Assembly: GCF_003918875.1 (NCBI RefSeq)
Contig: NW_025764892.1
Span: 4,092,001-4,156,000 of the forward strand
Source of the DNA: Haliotis rubra
Lineage: Eukaryota
Reading direction: 5' to 3'
DNA: 64,000 bases
The translations under genes were made by a program, and so were the position numbers. Position 1 is the stretch's first letter, and each line of letters opens with the position of its first letter. The notes below the pieces were generated by a model. It had not been told where the DNA came from and made no database searches. It worked only from the letters and a program-made list of their open reading frames with translations. Positions 37,801 to 51,618 of this stretch are shown here, one piece after another.

Positions 37801-40800
37801 AAAGATGACAACTATAACAGGGAATGGTCGGGACTGACAGGTACTTCGAGTTATGCCTAATATTCGAGACACCGGCATTCGACTCATCAGGATTTGACTG
37901 TACATGTTGTGTTTGTAAGGTTTCACATCTGTACAATCATACGCCATGAATCTGTAATTCTGTAACTTGACTGGGATGAAATTTGCACCAGCATGCTAGC
38001 CCGGACCAGTTTTGTTAACATTAAAGATATCCCAAGGGGTTGTGGAGTTTATAACATTTGGAGCGGATGGGGAGGTTACATTCCGTCCTTGCTTGATGTG
38101 TTCGGCTGTCCATGCCCAGCAATCTCAAGTGCCCAGATACCTCTAGGTTACATCACAGTTACAGAGGGGTCAGAATACCAGGGTCCCACTGTACTTACTC
38201 TGTGGACAACAACAGCTGATATCTAGAAGTGTACTTACAGTGTCAAGAAGTTCAATAAACTTGGAGATGTAAAACATCCAGCATACTTTTGCCATCTGAA
38301 ACAAATGCAACTGTCAGAGGATGTCTGAATATTGATTTATTATAGATAAATATCTGAAAAGTAACTATGAGCAAAAATTCCTCAAAATCTGAAAGAAATC
38401 AACATTTTTCACCTCACTGGTGAGAGGGGACATATTTAGGTTTGTATTATTAACATAACACCATCCTGAACATAATTTTGAAGCAGACCCTGAATAAAGA
38501 CCTATCTTTGCATATTGTCTGAGTAAATTGAAACTTTATTTCATGACAATAGTTTAAGAACGATATACATGTAAATGTTAACACAATTTTCATATTGATA
38601 TAATCACTAATAACTTTTCAAAGATATTTCCGATTATCGATCATTTTAGCCAGCCATACCATCTATAAACATCTGTGTGATGAAATGATGCATAAAGGAT
38701 GTTGGTCAATTCGTGAAAGTGAGTGAGTGAGGGAGTAAGGTTTTACACCGCTTTTACCAATATTCCAGCAATATCACATCGGCGGACACAAGAAATGGGC
38801 TTCACACTTCGTACCCATGTAGGGAATCAAAACCGGGTCTTCAGCGTGACTAGCGGATGCTTTAACCACTAGGCTACCCCATCACCCCTAATACATCATC
38901 CTATCCTACATGATGTAACCATGACAACAACTTACCCTGACGGCTTGAGGGGAGTTAGAGTAGTCGACAGGCTGACAACCTAGGCTGTAGCCCGCCAGCC
39001 AACCTGATGCCGCAAACTGGAACAAACGGACATCATAAATTAGAGGGGGAATGGGTGCAATACTGTTTGTGGTTTTACACTGCACACAGTATATTTTAAC
39101 TTATTCATAGCGGCATGTAAATAATCAAATACGAGACAGTGGTTGATAACATGAGCATCTGATCATACTGTTCAGTGAGTGAGTGAGTTCAGTTTTACAC
39201 AGCTTTTAGCAATATACCAGCAATATTGGAGGTGGACACCAGCATACTGTTGAGAATGATCAAACATTCTCCTTGTCACCTATGCACAGGCTGTACCAGT
39301 AGCGTGTACTCAGTCCAGAGTCAAAGGTTGAGTTCAGCCTTTATAATAGTGCTGCAGCTCTAGTGACGCATGTCTATATGTTTCACATCTGAATCTTCCT
39401 TCTCACTGGGGCTCCTTTGGAGTTTAAAGGAAGTTGTCACTTTCAAAATCTTCTTTTCTCAAAATCTCATCGGTCTTCAGTTGTATCATGCCACAGATCT
39501 AGTTTCTAACTCAACAGGAGCCTTATCAGCGCAACGAATAAATCTAACCTTTTGGCGAAATACAGAGACATGTCTGTATGTCATGGTAACAGGGTAAGAT
39601 AATTTTCTGTTATAAACTAACCTCGATGAAACAATATGCTGAGAGAATTATCATGCAGAAGTTGTAGACCAGCATGACTCTCTTCAACTCAAATGGTTTC
39701 CTGTCGCCCATCAGGTTTGGCCCCATCTTGATGACGACGAAATACATGATGCAGATGAAGAAACTGGGCCATGGAGTGGACATCATGAACCAGTCTGCAA
39801 CACGCGGATCTGGAAAGCAAACGTATTCAGTATGGATGACATGTCTATGTTGTGGGCACTGTCACAGCATGTAGTCGTATGAATTTGAGTTTCAGGAGTG
39901 AGAGTGAATAGGGTTTGTATTACAGCATATCAGCCCCATGTGGGAGGGTCTCATTATACAGCCATGAATGTCTCAAACATTTACATAATCTGAGGCAAAC
40001 TGGCATTCAAGCCCATTTCTGGCATGTCAAAGGCACATAACTCTTCACAGCAGATTGATTTGTCCCAGCAGGGAAAGAAACCTTTCAACACTTCCCACTT
40101 TGCAACAGGACCAGTGAGTGGACAATAATTAGTAGTCCTGTCTGTACTTAGTGGTCAAAAACAACATTTGTAGATTTACTTAACTGTCAATGCAAAATTC
40201 ACTGGCCACCAGGACCAATGCAGACTTATCATTTACTGGTGCTCATGAATTTTTACTAGCAGGGACCAGAGGAACACACTTCTCAGGCCCAGATATATGC
40301 CTAACCAACGGTATATTCAATGGTTCAATGACAAGTAAATGAATAAAAGCTGAAATCTATCTACAATCAGCGTGTACTAAAACAAATAATGTCGTTATAA
40401 CAAATAATACTATCAAACGTAGTGGTGTTCATATATAATCGTCCCAATCATAATTTTTCTCATATACATACTATCACTAGACAATAATTTCTTAGAAGTT
40501 GTCTGAAAACGATGTTTATTCCTTCTCATCAGACAAAGTGGCTGAATGGTTGACAACCTGCAGCAAAATTTGAAGTTCAAAATTAGACTCACCTGCTTTC
40601 AACATCATGTTGTCATAAGGACTTGACAGCTTCAGCTATCAAACTGGCCATGTTGAAATTGGCACCGCAACCCTCAGCAATGGTCAAGCCTACAAGAACA
40701 CATGGACATCATGATGGGTACAGACAACACATGAGAGCATCATATGACCTGTAGATAATCCTGATGACCGGCATAGTACCACACTCACTGGCAGTGTCAT

Positions 40801-43097
40801 GTTGACCGAGTCACCCATACCAGTACATCATTTCACACTGAAACTATCAGCATTATCAAACATCACTGTGCTTTATCAGCTGTTAACAGTAAGTCTCTGT
40901 AAGTTATTGACAGAAGACTTTTGTCAAAATCAGAAAAACCCTGCAGTTGTTATATAAACTGGTTCTCTATTATTCAACATCAAATATGCAGTCATAGATA
41001 CATATAAAGAACACAAGAACCATAGTTTCTTGTGTATAAAGAGCACTGCCCCACAGCCCAAGCCCTTTTCAACTAAAATATAGATGTGCAGAGGGGTGAT
41101 ACTCAGACAGTGACTTTCTACATTTGCCTTCAAAAGTGAGGAGAGTGAGTGAGTGGTGAGTGAGTGAGTGAGTGAGTGAGGAGGAGTGAGTTTTGAGGTT
41201 TCACGCCACACTCAGCAATATTCCAGCTCTATGGCGCGCGGTCTGTAAATAATCCTCGACCAGACAACCCAGTGATTAAACAGCATGAGCATCGATCCAA
41301 GCATTTGGGAACCGATGACATGTGGCAACCAAGACAGCGAGCCTGACCACCCAATCCCGTTAGTCGCCTCTTACAACAAGCATGGCTTACTGAAGATCAA
41401 TATTCTAACCCGACCTTCATGGGTCTTCAAAAGAGAAAACATCAACACTGGCAATTAATGCCAGAAACAACTCATCACAAAATTGGTACTGCAGTATAGC
41501 AGTTGTGCAACTATCAAATAAGAATATGGCATTATGTTCTTGTATATCCACAATATTTATCATTATTATGTCATCACATGGATGTTTTCATACTGGGCTT
41601 ACATATAGGTGTCTATCATATCGACACCAGACAGGTTGTATTTGACCGAATCAATTCTAAGAGTCAACACAGCATGTGTCGAGGGCAATATGACTGAGTG
41701 AGGACTTGTGTAACAAAAAGGACCCATTTAATGATTTAATGACATATTTATCACAACCTTAACTCACATTGATTCCAAGTCGCATCAAGAGATCAGTGAA
41801 AGTACTGACTGACCGACCGAATCGACTGAGTTTGGTTTTACGCCCGCTTTTAGCAATATTCCAGCAACATCACATGCGGGGACACCAGAATGGGCTTCAC
41901 ACATTGTACCCATGTGGGGATTCAAACCTCGGTCTTCGCGCGGACGAGCCAACGCTTTTAACCACTAGGCTACCCGACCGCCTCAGTGAAAGTATGCAAA
42001 ACAGGATCTAATCTCTAACAAAGTGTGATGAAGGCATTGTTGTATGTGAATAAAGTATTAAAACCCGCAGATCTATTAGAACATTTGTTATAAAAAAATT
42101 AAAAGTAGGACTTTTTCTTCTGGAGGACTTATTTTCCTAGGCAAAGTTAGTACTTTTTACCGGTACTTTTTTCCAAGGACCTTTTCCTAACACCTGATGA
42201 AGGTAGTGTGTCACTTGTGACTGTAATCTGACGAACAATATTGGAAAAGTTGTAATAGCTGCTACAGTCTCACGGACCCGGACAAATCTGGCATTAGCCA
42301 GCAAAACATGCATTGGTTCTCTGGTGCTTCTATATGAAGCAGGACAATTTTAGAATATATTCAGTTGGTTAATAAAACATGCTATAGGTATATGTAGGGT
42401 GACAAATGCAATCATATAAAAATTCATTTTAAACTACTAGTTTTCCTAGGTATCCTGTGACATTTTAATTAATTAATTAGTTTTACCTGGAGGAAGGTCT
42501 CCACATGAAAAGGTCATGTTACCATAGTTACATAATCAAATCATGAAGTATATTGCACCAGAGCAATCAAACTACATGTATGTAATGTGATCACGATTTC
42601 TCATAATCGAACATAAACGGTTTTGGAACTACTGTTTTAGTCTTTGAAAAACTTGACAATGGAACATATCTTAGAAGTTGTCAGGGCCTGAAAACGTGTT
42701 TAATTCTTAGAAAACTCACTTCACTAACTGAAAAGCCATGACTGAATGTTTCTCTAAGACTCAAGGAAGTTTATTTTCATGATATATTTGTCATCACCTT
42801 AAAGTAGCAAGTTGCATCATGTTATAAATATCTGCAATAACAACCTGGATAGGAAAATCTGAAAAAATGACGCTAACCAATTTTTTTCGATGATTGGTAA
42901 TGAAGAAATCATCAATTGTGAGATTTCAACCAATTCCCAACACTAATCACTAGACAATAATGTCTTCATCCCTTCTCATCAGACAAAGTGTCTGAAGTTG
43001 TTGACTGCAGCAAAATTTGAAGTTCAAAATTAGACTCACCTGCTTTCAACATCATGTTGTCATAGGACTTGACAGCTTCAGCTATCAAACTGGCCAT
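34859..43097 (-). CDS. ELOVL7: Very-long-chain fatty acid elongase, ELOVL1/7 type (~280 aa, 7 coding exons)
   Basis: Exons 43097-43040, 39809-39622, 39016-38936, 38295-38239, 36978-36872, 36189-36053 and 35074-34859. Motifs [29 protein letters not shown] (HxxHH), WWFG[VKFVPG][20 protein letters not shown], and a C-terminal KKER ER-retrieval signal. One extra C in the run at 36889-36891 must be removed. Invertebrate co-orthologue of ELOVL1/ELOVL7. Confidence 0.9.
37370..37900. mobile_element. Tc1/pogo-type MITE in an ELOVL intron
   Basis: TIR CAGTCAAATCC(C/T)GAT(A/G)AGTCGAAT with TA TSD. Confidence 0.85.
40593..40651 (-). pseudogene. Duplicate of the ELOVL first coding exon with a +1 nt lesion
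   Basis: Lies inside a block (40473-41110) duplicated at 42946-43506. Reads ATG GCC AGT...TCC TTA TGA versus intact TCC TAT GAC in the distal copy. Both splice sites are retained. Confidence 0.7.
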
Positions 43098-44025
43098 GTT
43101 GAAATTGGCACCAGCAACCCTCAGCAATGGTCAAGCCTACAAGAACACATGGACATCATGATGGGTACAGACAACACATGAGAGCATCATATGACCTGTA
43201 GATACTCCTGCTGACTGGCATAGTACTACACTCACTGTCAGTGTCATGTTGACCGAGTCACCTATACCAGTACATCATTTCACACTGAAACTATCAGCAT
43301 TATCAAGCATCACTGTGCTTTATCAGCTGTTAACAGTAAGTCTCTGTAACTTATTGACAGAAGACTTTTGTCAAAATCAGAAAAAACCTGCAGTTGTTAT
43401 ATAAACTGGTTCTCTATTATTCAACATCAAATATGCAGTCATAGATACATATAATACATATTTTCAACTAAAATATAGATGTGAAGAGGGGGTGATACTC
43501 AGACAGACTCGATTATTTACAGACCGCCGCCATACAGCTGGAATATTGCTGAGTGTGGCGTTAAACTCAACTAACTCACTAACTGTACAATGAACGTGAG
43601 AATGAGATACAATACCATGTGTACAAGTCTATATACCCCCGGAGCCAAACAAACTCGTACCAGTACTTCAACCACACATTCAGACAGACTGGTGGACATT
43701 GAAGTTATCTCACTGTCAGAATCATATCATGCATTCACCTAGGTAAGGAGTCTGGCATTTCAGTAACAAATTAAGTGAAACATTTCTATCCCCACAGTTA
43801 TTGATTGTATGTTTCGCTTCAGTTCATGCCATTGCTAGGGCATGACTATACCAGCTGCTGGTATTTCAGATGTTGCCATTAAACCCAATTAAGTATGAAT
43901 AGGCCTGCACATAAGAGATGTCTGGCATGTTGAATATTTCACTGTCAGACTGTATAATGTTTTCAGCTTCAAGGCTTACGTGTCACAAAACATGGACAAT
44001 GCTAATATGTTGTGATAGAGTGGAT

Positions 44026-45752
44026 GAGTAAGTATGGCTTTACGTCACTTTTAGCAATATTCCAGCAATATCACGTTGGGGGGACACTAGAAATGGCCTT
44101 CACACATTGTACCCATGTGGGAAATCGAACCTCTGCCCCTGTTGTACTAGAATATGCTGAGACAGTTATGTAACATACCTGTGTCTAGGTATAACCTATG
44201 GTTAAGTCAACTCTCCTGCACGTCCTCGTCAACATACCCTATCAACGATCAAAGGCTACTCGATCAATATTGACTGCTTAAGTCACAGCACACCTTTACA
44301 TTGTCTTATCAGAATACAACATAGGGGTTTCCCAGGACCTTACAATGAGAGTGTTTTAGTGACTTTTAAGTGATTTTGTTGTGAGTAAAACAAATTATTA
44401 GGGATAAAAATACCTGGGCTAAAGGGCCCGTTTCACAAAGCTCTCATAAACCTAATATCTCGCAACTTTTCCAGTAGCATTCATACTCCCTATGTCACAG
44501 TATAGGAGGTACGAATGTTACGACTGACTGAGTATGGTTTTACGCCGCTTTTAGCAATATTCCAGCAATATCACGTTGGGGGGACACTAGAAATGGCCTT
44601 CACACATTGTACCCATGTGGGAAATCGAACCTCTGCCCCTGTTGTACTAGAATATGCTGAGACAGTTATGTAACATACCTGTGTCTAGGTATAACCTATG
44701 GTTAAGTCAAATTGACTGCCAAGTCACAGCACACCCGCTACATTGTCTTATCAGAATACAACATAGGGGAAGGTTTCCAGGACCTTACAACGCAGAGTGT
44801 TTTAGTGACTTTTGCGATTTTACAGTGAGTAAAACAAAACATTAGGGATAAAAATATCTTTGGCTACATGGCCTGTTTCACAAAGCTCTCATAAGCCTAA
44901 TATCTCAACTTTTTCAGTAGCATTCATACTCCCTATGTCACAGTGGCATAGGAGGTACCTAATGTCACTGACTGACTGAGTAGGGGTTTACGCCGCTTTT
45001 ATAGCAATATTCCAGCAATATCACGGGCGTGGGGACACTAAGAAAGGTCTTCACACATTGTACCCATGTGGGAAATCAGAACCTCTGCCCCTGTTGTACT
45101 AGAATATGCCACAGTTATGTAACATACCTGTGTCTAGGGTATAACCTATGGTTAAGCTGCCCTCCCACGCCCTCGGCCAACATACCCTATCAACAACGCA
45201 TCAAAGGCTACCGATCAATATTGACTGCTTAAGTCACAGCACACCTTATGCCCTAGAATGAGAGACAGTTATGTAACATACTTGTGTCTAGGTATAACCT
45301 ATGGTTAAGTCAACTCTCCTGCACGTCCTCGTCAACATACCCTATCAACGATCAAAGGCTACTCGATCAATATTGACTGCTTAAGTCACAGCACACCTTT
45401 ACATTGTCTTATCAGAATACAATATAGGGGTTTCCCAGGACCTTACAACGAGAGTGTTTTAGTGACTTTTAAGTGATTTTGTTGTGAGTAAAACAAAACA
45501 TTAGGGATAAAAATACCTTGGCTACATGGCCTGTTTCACAAAGCTCTCATAAGCCTAATATCTCCCAACTTTTTCAGTAGCATTCATACTCCCTATGTCA
45601 CAGTATAGGAGGTACGAATGTTACCACTGACTGACTGAGTAGGGGTTTACGCCACTTTTAGCAATATTCCAGCAACATCACGGCGGGGGACACGAATGTT
45701 ACAAGAAAAGTTACGAGTTCTTAGGCTTACGAGAGCTTTGCGAAACAGGCCC
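44026..45752. repeat. Tandem 3-4x amplification of a ~450-500 bp composite unit (truncated SINE A + unique DNA + MITE arm)
   Basis: Units restart at ~44026, 44521 and 44970, with a partial restart at ~45250. The MITE arm GG(G)CC(C/T)GTTTCACAAAGCTCTC is repeated and is closed once by GAGAGCTTTGCGAAACAGGCCC at 45752. Confidence 0.75.
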
Positions 45753-47559
45753 AGATATTGTTTTAAGCCATTGTGTTTTAGTTTGTATGTTATCATTTCC
45801 TTTGGGTATTCAGTATAGTTATACATATTTGGTTGTGGTCTATTGGGTATTACGAAACCAATGTGAAGCCATTTTAGAAATAAGTCTGCTTACAATGATG
45901 TTTCATGTAACTGCTAATTTGCTTCTGATCATATGCTGCTCAAAGCACCTGTTGCATAGGCTCACAACACTGACACAGGTCTCAGTTAAATAGGAAAGAA
46001 GGCCTTTTGTGCATAATTCACTGCAGTGGAGTTCACAAACAGGAAATACCTGCCATCAATAGCAAAAACTGATGTGAAAAGATACTGGGTACTCAATGAT
46101 ATTTGGAGTAATTATTACAGCTAGAAACAAATACACTATGACAGGGTATGAAACTCCCAAACATTTCAGCCAGACCACAGTGCTGATTAGATGTAAAACT
46201 TGCCAGCCCTGACCAAAACTTTCCTCCCCACAAAATATCTTCATATACATGTCTAAACGTTAACCCGACCATCGGACAAGTGAATTTGAGAATCTGGCAG
46301 TCCGTGTTGAAAATAACCCGTCCAGGCGGTCGGGCAGCCAGGTATTTCGAAGGCTGCACTATGAGGTGAATATACGATATGGACTGTTTCAGTTGGGTTG
46401 TTGTTCAACGCCACACTCAGCAATATTCCAGCTATATGGCAGTACTGTATAACAAAAACAATAACATGTCAGCAATTGCTGCCTCATTCATTATATTCCG
46501 TGAAATAATAACAAAATATATTATTTGAAATGTTTTGACCATGTTGACAGTGGTAATTGATCACAACAATGAGCACAGTACAGTCAAACTGCATATACCA
46601 GAGTGTAGGCATTTATACTGCCTGGCTGGGACATATTGTATTTTGTACTTACTGTGTTGATGAAGACCACGCAAATACAGTAAAAACACTCCTTTTAAAA
46701 TTATTCATGAATATTTGATTCTAGAGATCCTGAATAACAAATTGAATTCATGAAGTGATACAGTTTCATGCACCACAGTTTGTGAGTGAATCCTAACAGC
46801 CCTACCCAGATAGCATTCGGACGTTGGGTACAGCGTCTGAATGCTATCTGAAATCCTAATAGCCCTAGTATTTAAGCGGTTATATATTGAATATTAAAAA
46901 AGAAAACTCACTTGCATTTGTAATTTGTATGCCACTAGCTACAAATTGATTGGGTTAAAGGGTTTACTGCTGTATACTTTACAGACATACGCATCTATGT
47001 TTGGCACTCTAAACATATTACATTACAGGGCTCCAGATAATTTTTCAACATCAGGAGTATGTACTCCTTATTTTTAAATATAGGAGTACTGGAAAAACTT
47101 AAGAGTACATTTAGAGTACCGAAGGAATTTAATGGAGTATCAGTGATCTTGTGTTTCGTTTCATATATGCACCACAACATTGCTACTCGTGTAAACAGGT
47201 AAAAAACCAATACTTTTTCAGATAAATATGACTGTAAATGATTCTAAGACCGTACACCATTGATGTGGTGTGTATCTGCTACGTTTTCTAAATTATTTCC
47301 TACTGTATTGTGCATATTTTTTATCCGTACATACGCTGATACGGCCCTTATCAGTATCTAGAGTCCTGACATTACATCAATTACTTTACTACTAACCTTA
47401 CAGATTTTGGTAATAAACTAGATATCCATGTAATACTACATCATTATTACGAGGTATTTATACAAATATATGAAGAAATTTCACATGCATCATCTGTCAG
47501 GATACTTCTTTGACACATGGGATGATCAGGAATTTTATTATAATTTATATATGAACAGT

Positions 47560-48130
47560 TTATATCAGATGCATCAGATATCAGCGATTCACCTCAAATG
47601 CATCAGATATTAGTGTTTCACCTTAGACGTATCAGCAAGTGAGTGAGTTTAGTTTTACGCCGCACTCAGCAATATTCCAGCTATATGGTGGCAGTCTGTA
47701 AATAATTGAGTCTGGACCTGACAATCCAGTGATCATCGATCTGCGCATTTCGAAACCGAAGACATTTGTCAACCAAGTCAGCGAGCCTGACCACCCGATC
47801 CCGTTAGTCGCCTCTTACGACAAGCACAGTTGCTGAAGACCTATTCTACCCCGGATCTTCACGGGTCTTAGACGTATCAGATATCAGCGATTCACCTCAG
47901 ATGCATCAAATATCAGCGATTCCCCTTAGATGCATGAGATATCAGCGATTCACCTTAGATGCATGAGATATCATCAATTCACCTTAGATGCATCAGATAT
48001 CATCGATTCCCTTAGATGCATCAGATATCATCGATTCCCTTAGATGCATCAGATATTATATTTATCTTAGATGCACCAAATATCTTAGATTTATCATATT
48101 TGAATCTATTTCAGACACATCAGATATCAA
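47560..48130. repeat. ~30-bp minisatellite (CTTAGATGCATCAGATATCAGCGATTCAC) interrupted by a full-length family B SINE
   Basis: SINE at 47636-47867 is flanked by the 13-bp TSD TTAGACGTATCAG. Confidence 0.8.
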
Positions 48131-48495
48131 CAGTTTAGCCTTGTGGTAAAAGCCTTCGCTCGTCATGCTGAAGACACAGGTTCGATTCAACACACCCATA
48201 CAATGTGTAAAGCCCATTTCAAGTGTCCCCTGCTGTGATATTGTTGGCATATTGCTAAAAGCAGCGTAAAATCTCATTCACTTTCTCAACGCGATGAGGG
48301 CGTGATGAAACACAATGAGCCCAGCCACAAGGTGTGCCCACCAGATCCCCTCTTTGGGCTAAACACAATCAGCAAGGGCACACACTGTTGCAACACAGCT
48401 GTCTCTCATGACAAGCACGAGCTACTACGGAAGTATTCTGACTATCAATCTGAGGATAGGATCTCATTTTTGTCACTAGTCACAATATGTATACA

Positions 48496-49857
48496 AGTCA
48501 TTCTAAAAATTCGTGCATATTTCATGTAGGCAAAAATTGTAAATTTTGTTTCCCTGTTTTAACTTGAAATGTTGTTCATTACATTCATAGTGTTCTGAAT
48601 ATACAAAACATTGCTTAAACAAGGGTCAACAAGCCAAACAATTCCTTTCTTTTCTGATTTGCAAATATAAAGTAATATGTAGCAAAAAATTCAAAATGAT
48701 AATATGAATTATATTATGCTTACTTGAAGCTCTACTATCAAACATACTTGCACTACAAATTCCAGACATAAACAGATAAATCAATTTTAATTAAATAAGG
48801 AAAATGATAATGTTATGGCATGGACATTGGCATTAATTGTTACGGTAGTGACACAATAACGGTAGTGACATTTTTATTAATAGCCAGTTTTGTATGTTTA
48901 CTTTAAAAGATCATTTGAATAAATTTGTCAGTCAGATATTTCAGAATGTTTGAAGAATATGTCATAGGCAAAAGATTTACTTAGACGTCCCTGTCATGTG
49001 AAAAACAGGTACAGACTGCATGTTACGGCAGTGACATTGTGACGGTATATAATGTCACTACCGTAACGGCCCTATCACAGCCGTTTTCTTCTTTATCACA
49101 GCCGTTACACTACCCTGTCCTTACCGTAACAACAAATTTATACTTATAAGCTTATTGATTTTATTCATTTGATGCAAAAGTTCCATGTTAAATAAGATTC
49201 CAAAACATTTGATATCTTTGAATTGAAAATTTGTTTGGCTTCACAAAATTAACTTGTTTCAGCGGTAACCACCGTAACGGTTAGGACATGCAAAAATCTC
49301 AGATATCATTTTGTACACACATTTTTGGCGATAAAATTTTAAAAAATGAATTGTTTGTGTCAGTGTTTGACAGCCATGTTTCCTCACTGCCACTGCTTGC
49401 AAATTTGAAGTAGAATCAGAAGACAGTACAGGGAGTAATCATTATTGCAATTTTTGGGATGATGTTACGGAAGTGACATCAAACCTTGTGACAAAGTTTG
49501 ACATTTTTTTAATAAAATAATTTTCTATACAAAAAAAGCCAAACCATGCCAAGCATGTTGCTGTAACATCATTAATTATGATATGTTAAATAATTTCTTT
49601 TGAAAACACGAAAAAGACCAAAAAAAAATCAAATTACACATCGGCCACTGGAGTTGTGACACATGAAAATTGAGTAAAATTGGATGGTTTTGGGGTTTTA
49701 AAATAAATATAAAAGTATTTTTTCCCCAAGTTTGTTACTCTAAAGTGTAGAATAAACTGAGATAAATTGGTTACCTTAAAAATATTACTGATTTTGACTT
49801 AAGTTTGTCGGGTACAAACATATAACATAAATATGCACAAATTTTGAGAATGACTCA
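48496..49857. mobile_element. Non-autonomous DNA transposon (1.36 kb)
   Basis: TIR (G)AGTCATTCT.AAAATT.GTGCATATTT and multiple internal TTACGG(T/C)AGTGACA motifs in both orientations. Confidence 0.75.
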
Positions 49858-49931
49858 TTATATACATGTTATAAACGATAAAGTAAAACATTAGAAATAT
49901 TTGTAATTCATACTATCTCTGACACAATTGA

Positions 49932-50092
49932 CATTTTCAAGTCCAGACTTAAAACCCACCTTTTCTCAGTATATTATGTATAACTTCATCTGTAAATACT
50001 CCAGTGTAAATATTTTGTAGCGCTTTGAGCATGCCTTAGAGTGTGGAAGGGGAGCATTATAAATATGCATTTATTTATTATTATTATTATTA
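49932..50092 (+). mobile_element. L2/CR1-type LINE 3' end
   Basis: TFSSPDL/FKSRLKTHLF-encoding tail, TGTAGCGCTTTGAG hairpin region and (ATT)n tail. Confidence 0.65.
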
Positions 50093-51137
50093 TCTGTTTC
50101 GGTTTGTTGTTTTACACAATCTGCAGGTGAGTTTGCCGTCTTGCTGACTTAGGCTGTAATTTCTCGGCTCAATCATAACGCCATCAGTGGCTGTAACAAT
50201 ATATTTTCCTTTCATGTCCTCCCTCTTAGTCTTATATTCAGATTCCATTTCTCATATCCCATGCATTTGTTTTGAACAAATGGGGGCACCAAGTCATGAT
50301 AAACTGTTCAAGTTAACTGAAGAAGCATTTCACACCAAGGTACAGATAAACTGCGCATCTGCGTAAATTACACCAATATTTATGTGAAAACTCAATTTCT
50401 ATTAAGTCTACTGCGTACCAGTACACTTATATTTTTGTAAATGCTCAATAAATTTGATCTTACATGTATGCGTACAAAAATGTCAAATCTTATCTTGTGT
50501 ACTGGTGAATTAGTTTGTCACCAAACCTTCTTCAGTTTTTGAGCAAGCAGACCCATGTGCTACAGAGGTGACTGAGGTTAGATAAAATAACTGAGGTATA
50601 TTGAGAGGTTCTATTTCCGCACTTAAACTTTGCAACTTCCAATCTTTCTTACCGTCATCATATTCATTACATTTGGTGCATCAAGTAAACTCATAAATCA
50701 AAACATCAGAAAAAGAAATAACTGGTCCCTAACTTGCATACTTCAATATTTAGTAACGAAAGTAGAGCATATGGACAAATGCCATTTCTTAGCACTATTT
50801 AATGCATTGTTTACACGAAGATGTTAATGACTTTGGATGCTGTTAAAGGACACTCCTGCATACTTGAGTTATCCATTGGATAATATCTGACAGTCAAGAG
50901 AGGTGGGGTATTTCACATGAAATCACATACTGTTTTTAACACTTATGATTCCAGAGACGAAGGATGAATGTCTTTTGGTAAGAGTTCCGCCCCTAACCCC
51001 TACTTGAAATGTATTCTATTTATTAGGATTGCTTCGAGGGTTTAGGTTTAGGATTAGGTCTTAGGCATAAAATGATTACAAAAAAATTGGGAGATTACGG
51101 GCCGAAATCTTTACTGTCTTTTTTTATAGTTTAGTAA

Positions 51138-51459
51138 GGGACCATTCATAATTTATGGCTAGGGGGGTTGATGATTTTTTTGGAGAAGCATGTACAATGT
51201 GAATGACCCCCCCTAATATTTATGTACAAAATAAGTGACCCCCCTGCATGTCATGTACAAAATCAGTGACCCCCAATCCCTCCCTTCCCATAATTTCTAA
51301 GTATAATTTAAAGCATAATTTTATGTACAAAATTGCTGAACACCCCACCCACCCAGTACGTGTGTACAAAATTGCTGACCCCCCCTAGCTCCCCAGAACA
51401 TGATGGGTGACCCCCCTTAAAATCATCATCACCCCTAGCCATAAATTATGAACGGTCCA
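51138..51459. mobile_element. PIF/Harbinger-like MITE with internal TGTACAAAAT..TGACCCCCC repeats
   Basis: TIR GGACC(A/G)TTCATAATTTATGGCTAGGGG, preceded by TAA. Confidence 0.8.
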
Positions 51460-51618
51460 CATGGGTATGTGCATAGCACTGATGTTGGAACACAAAGCAG
51501 TTATCACATATCTGGTTACCATGTCAACGACAAATAGGTTAAATTATATATCTTCTAAACTGTCGTTATTATAGAAAGTAACTGATATTGAAAAATTGAT
51601 CTTCCCGCTTTGGCCTTT

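Noticed and set aside
50095-50133. Pyrimidine tract plus CAG|GTGAGT (recursive-splice-like site) on the + strand
   Set aside because: It is antisense to the ELOVL intron, follows a LINE tail, and has no linked + strand exons.
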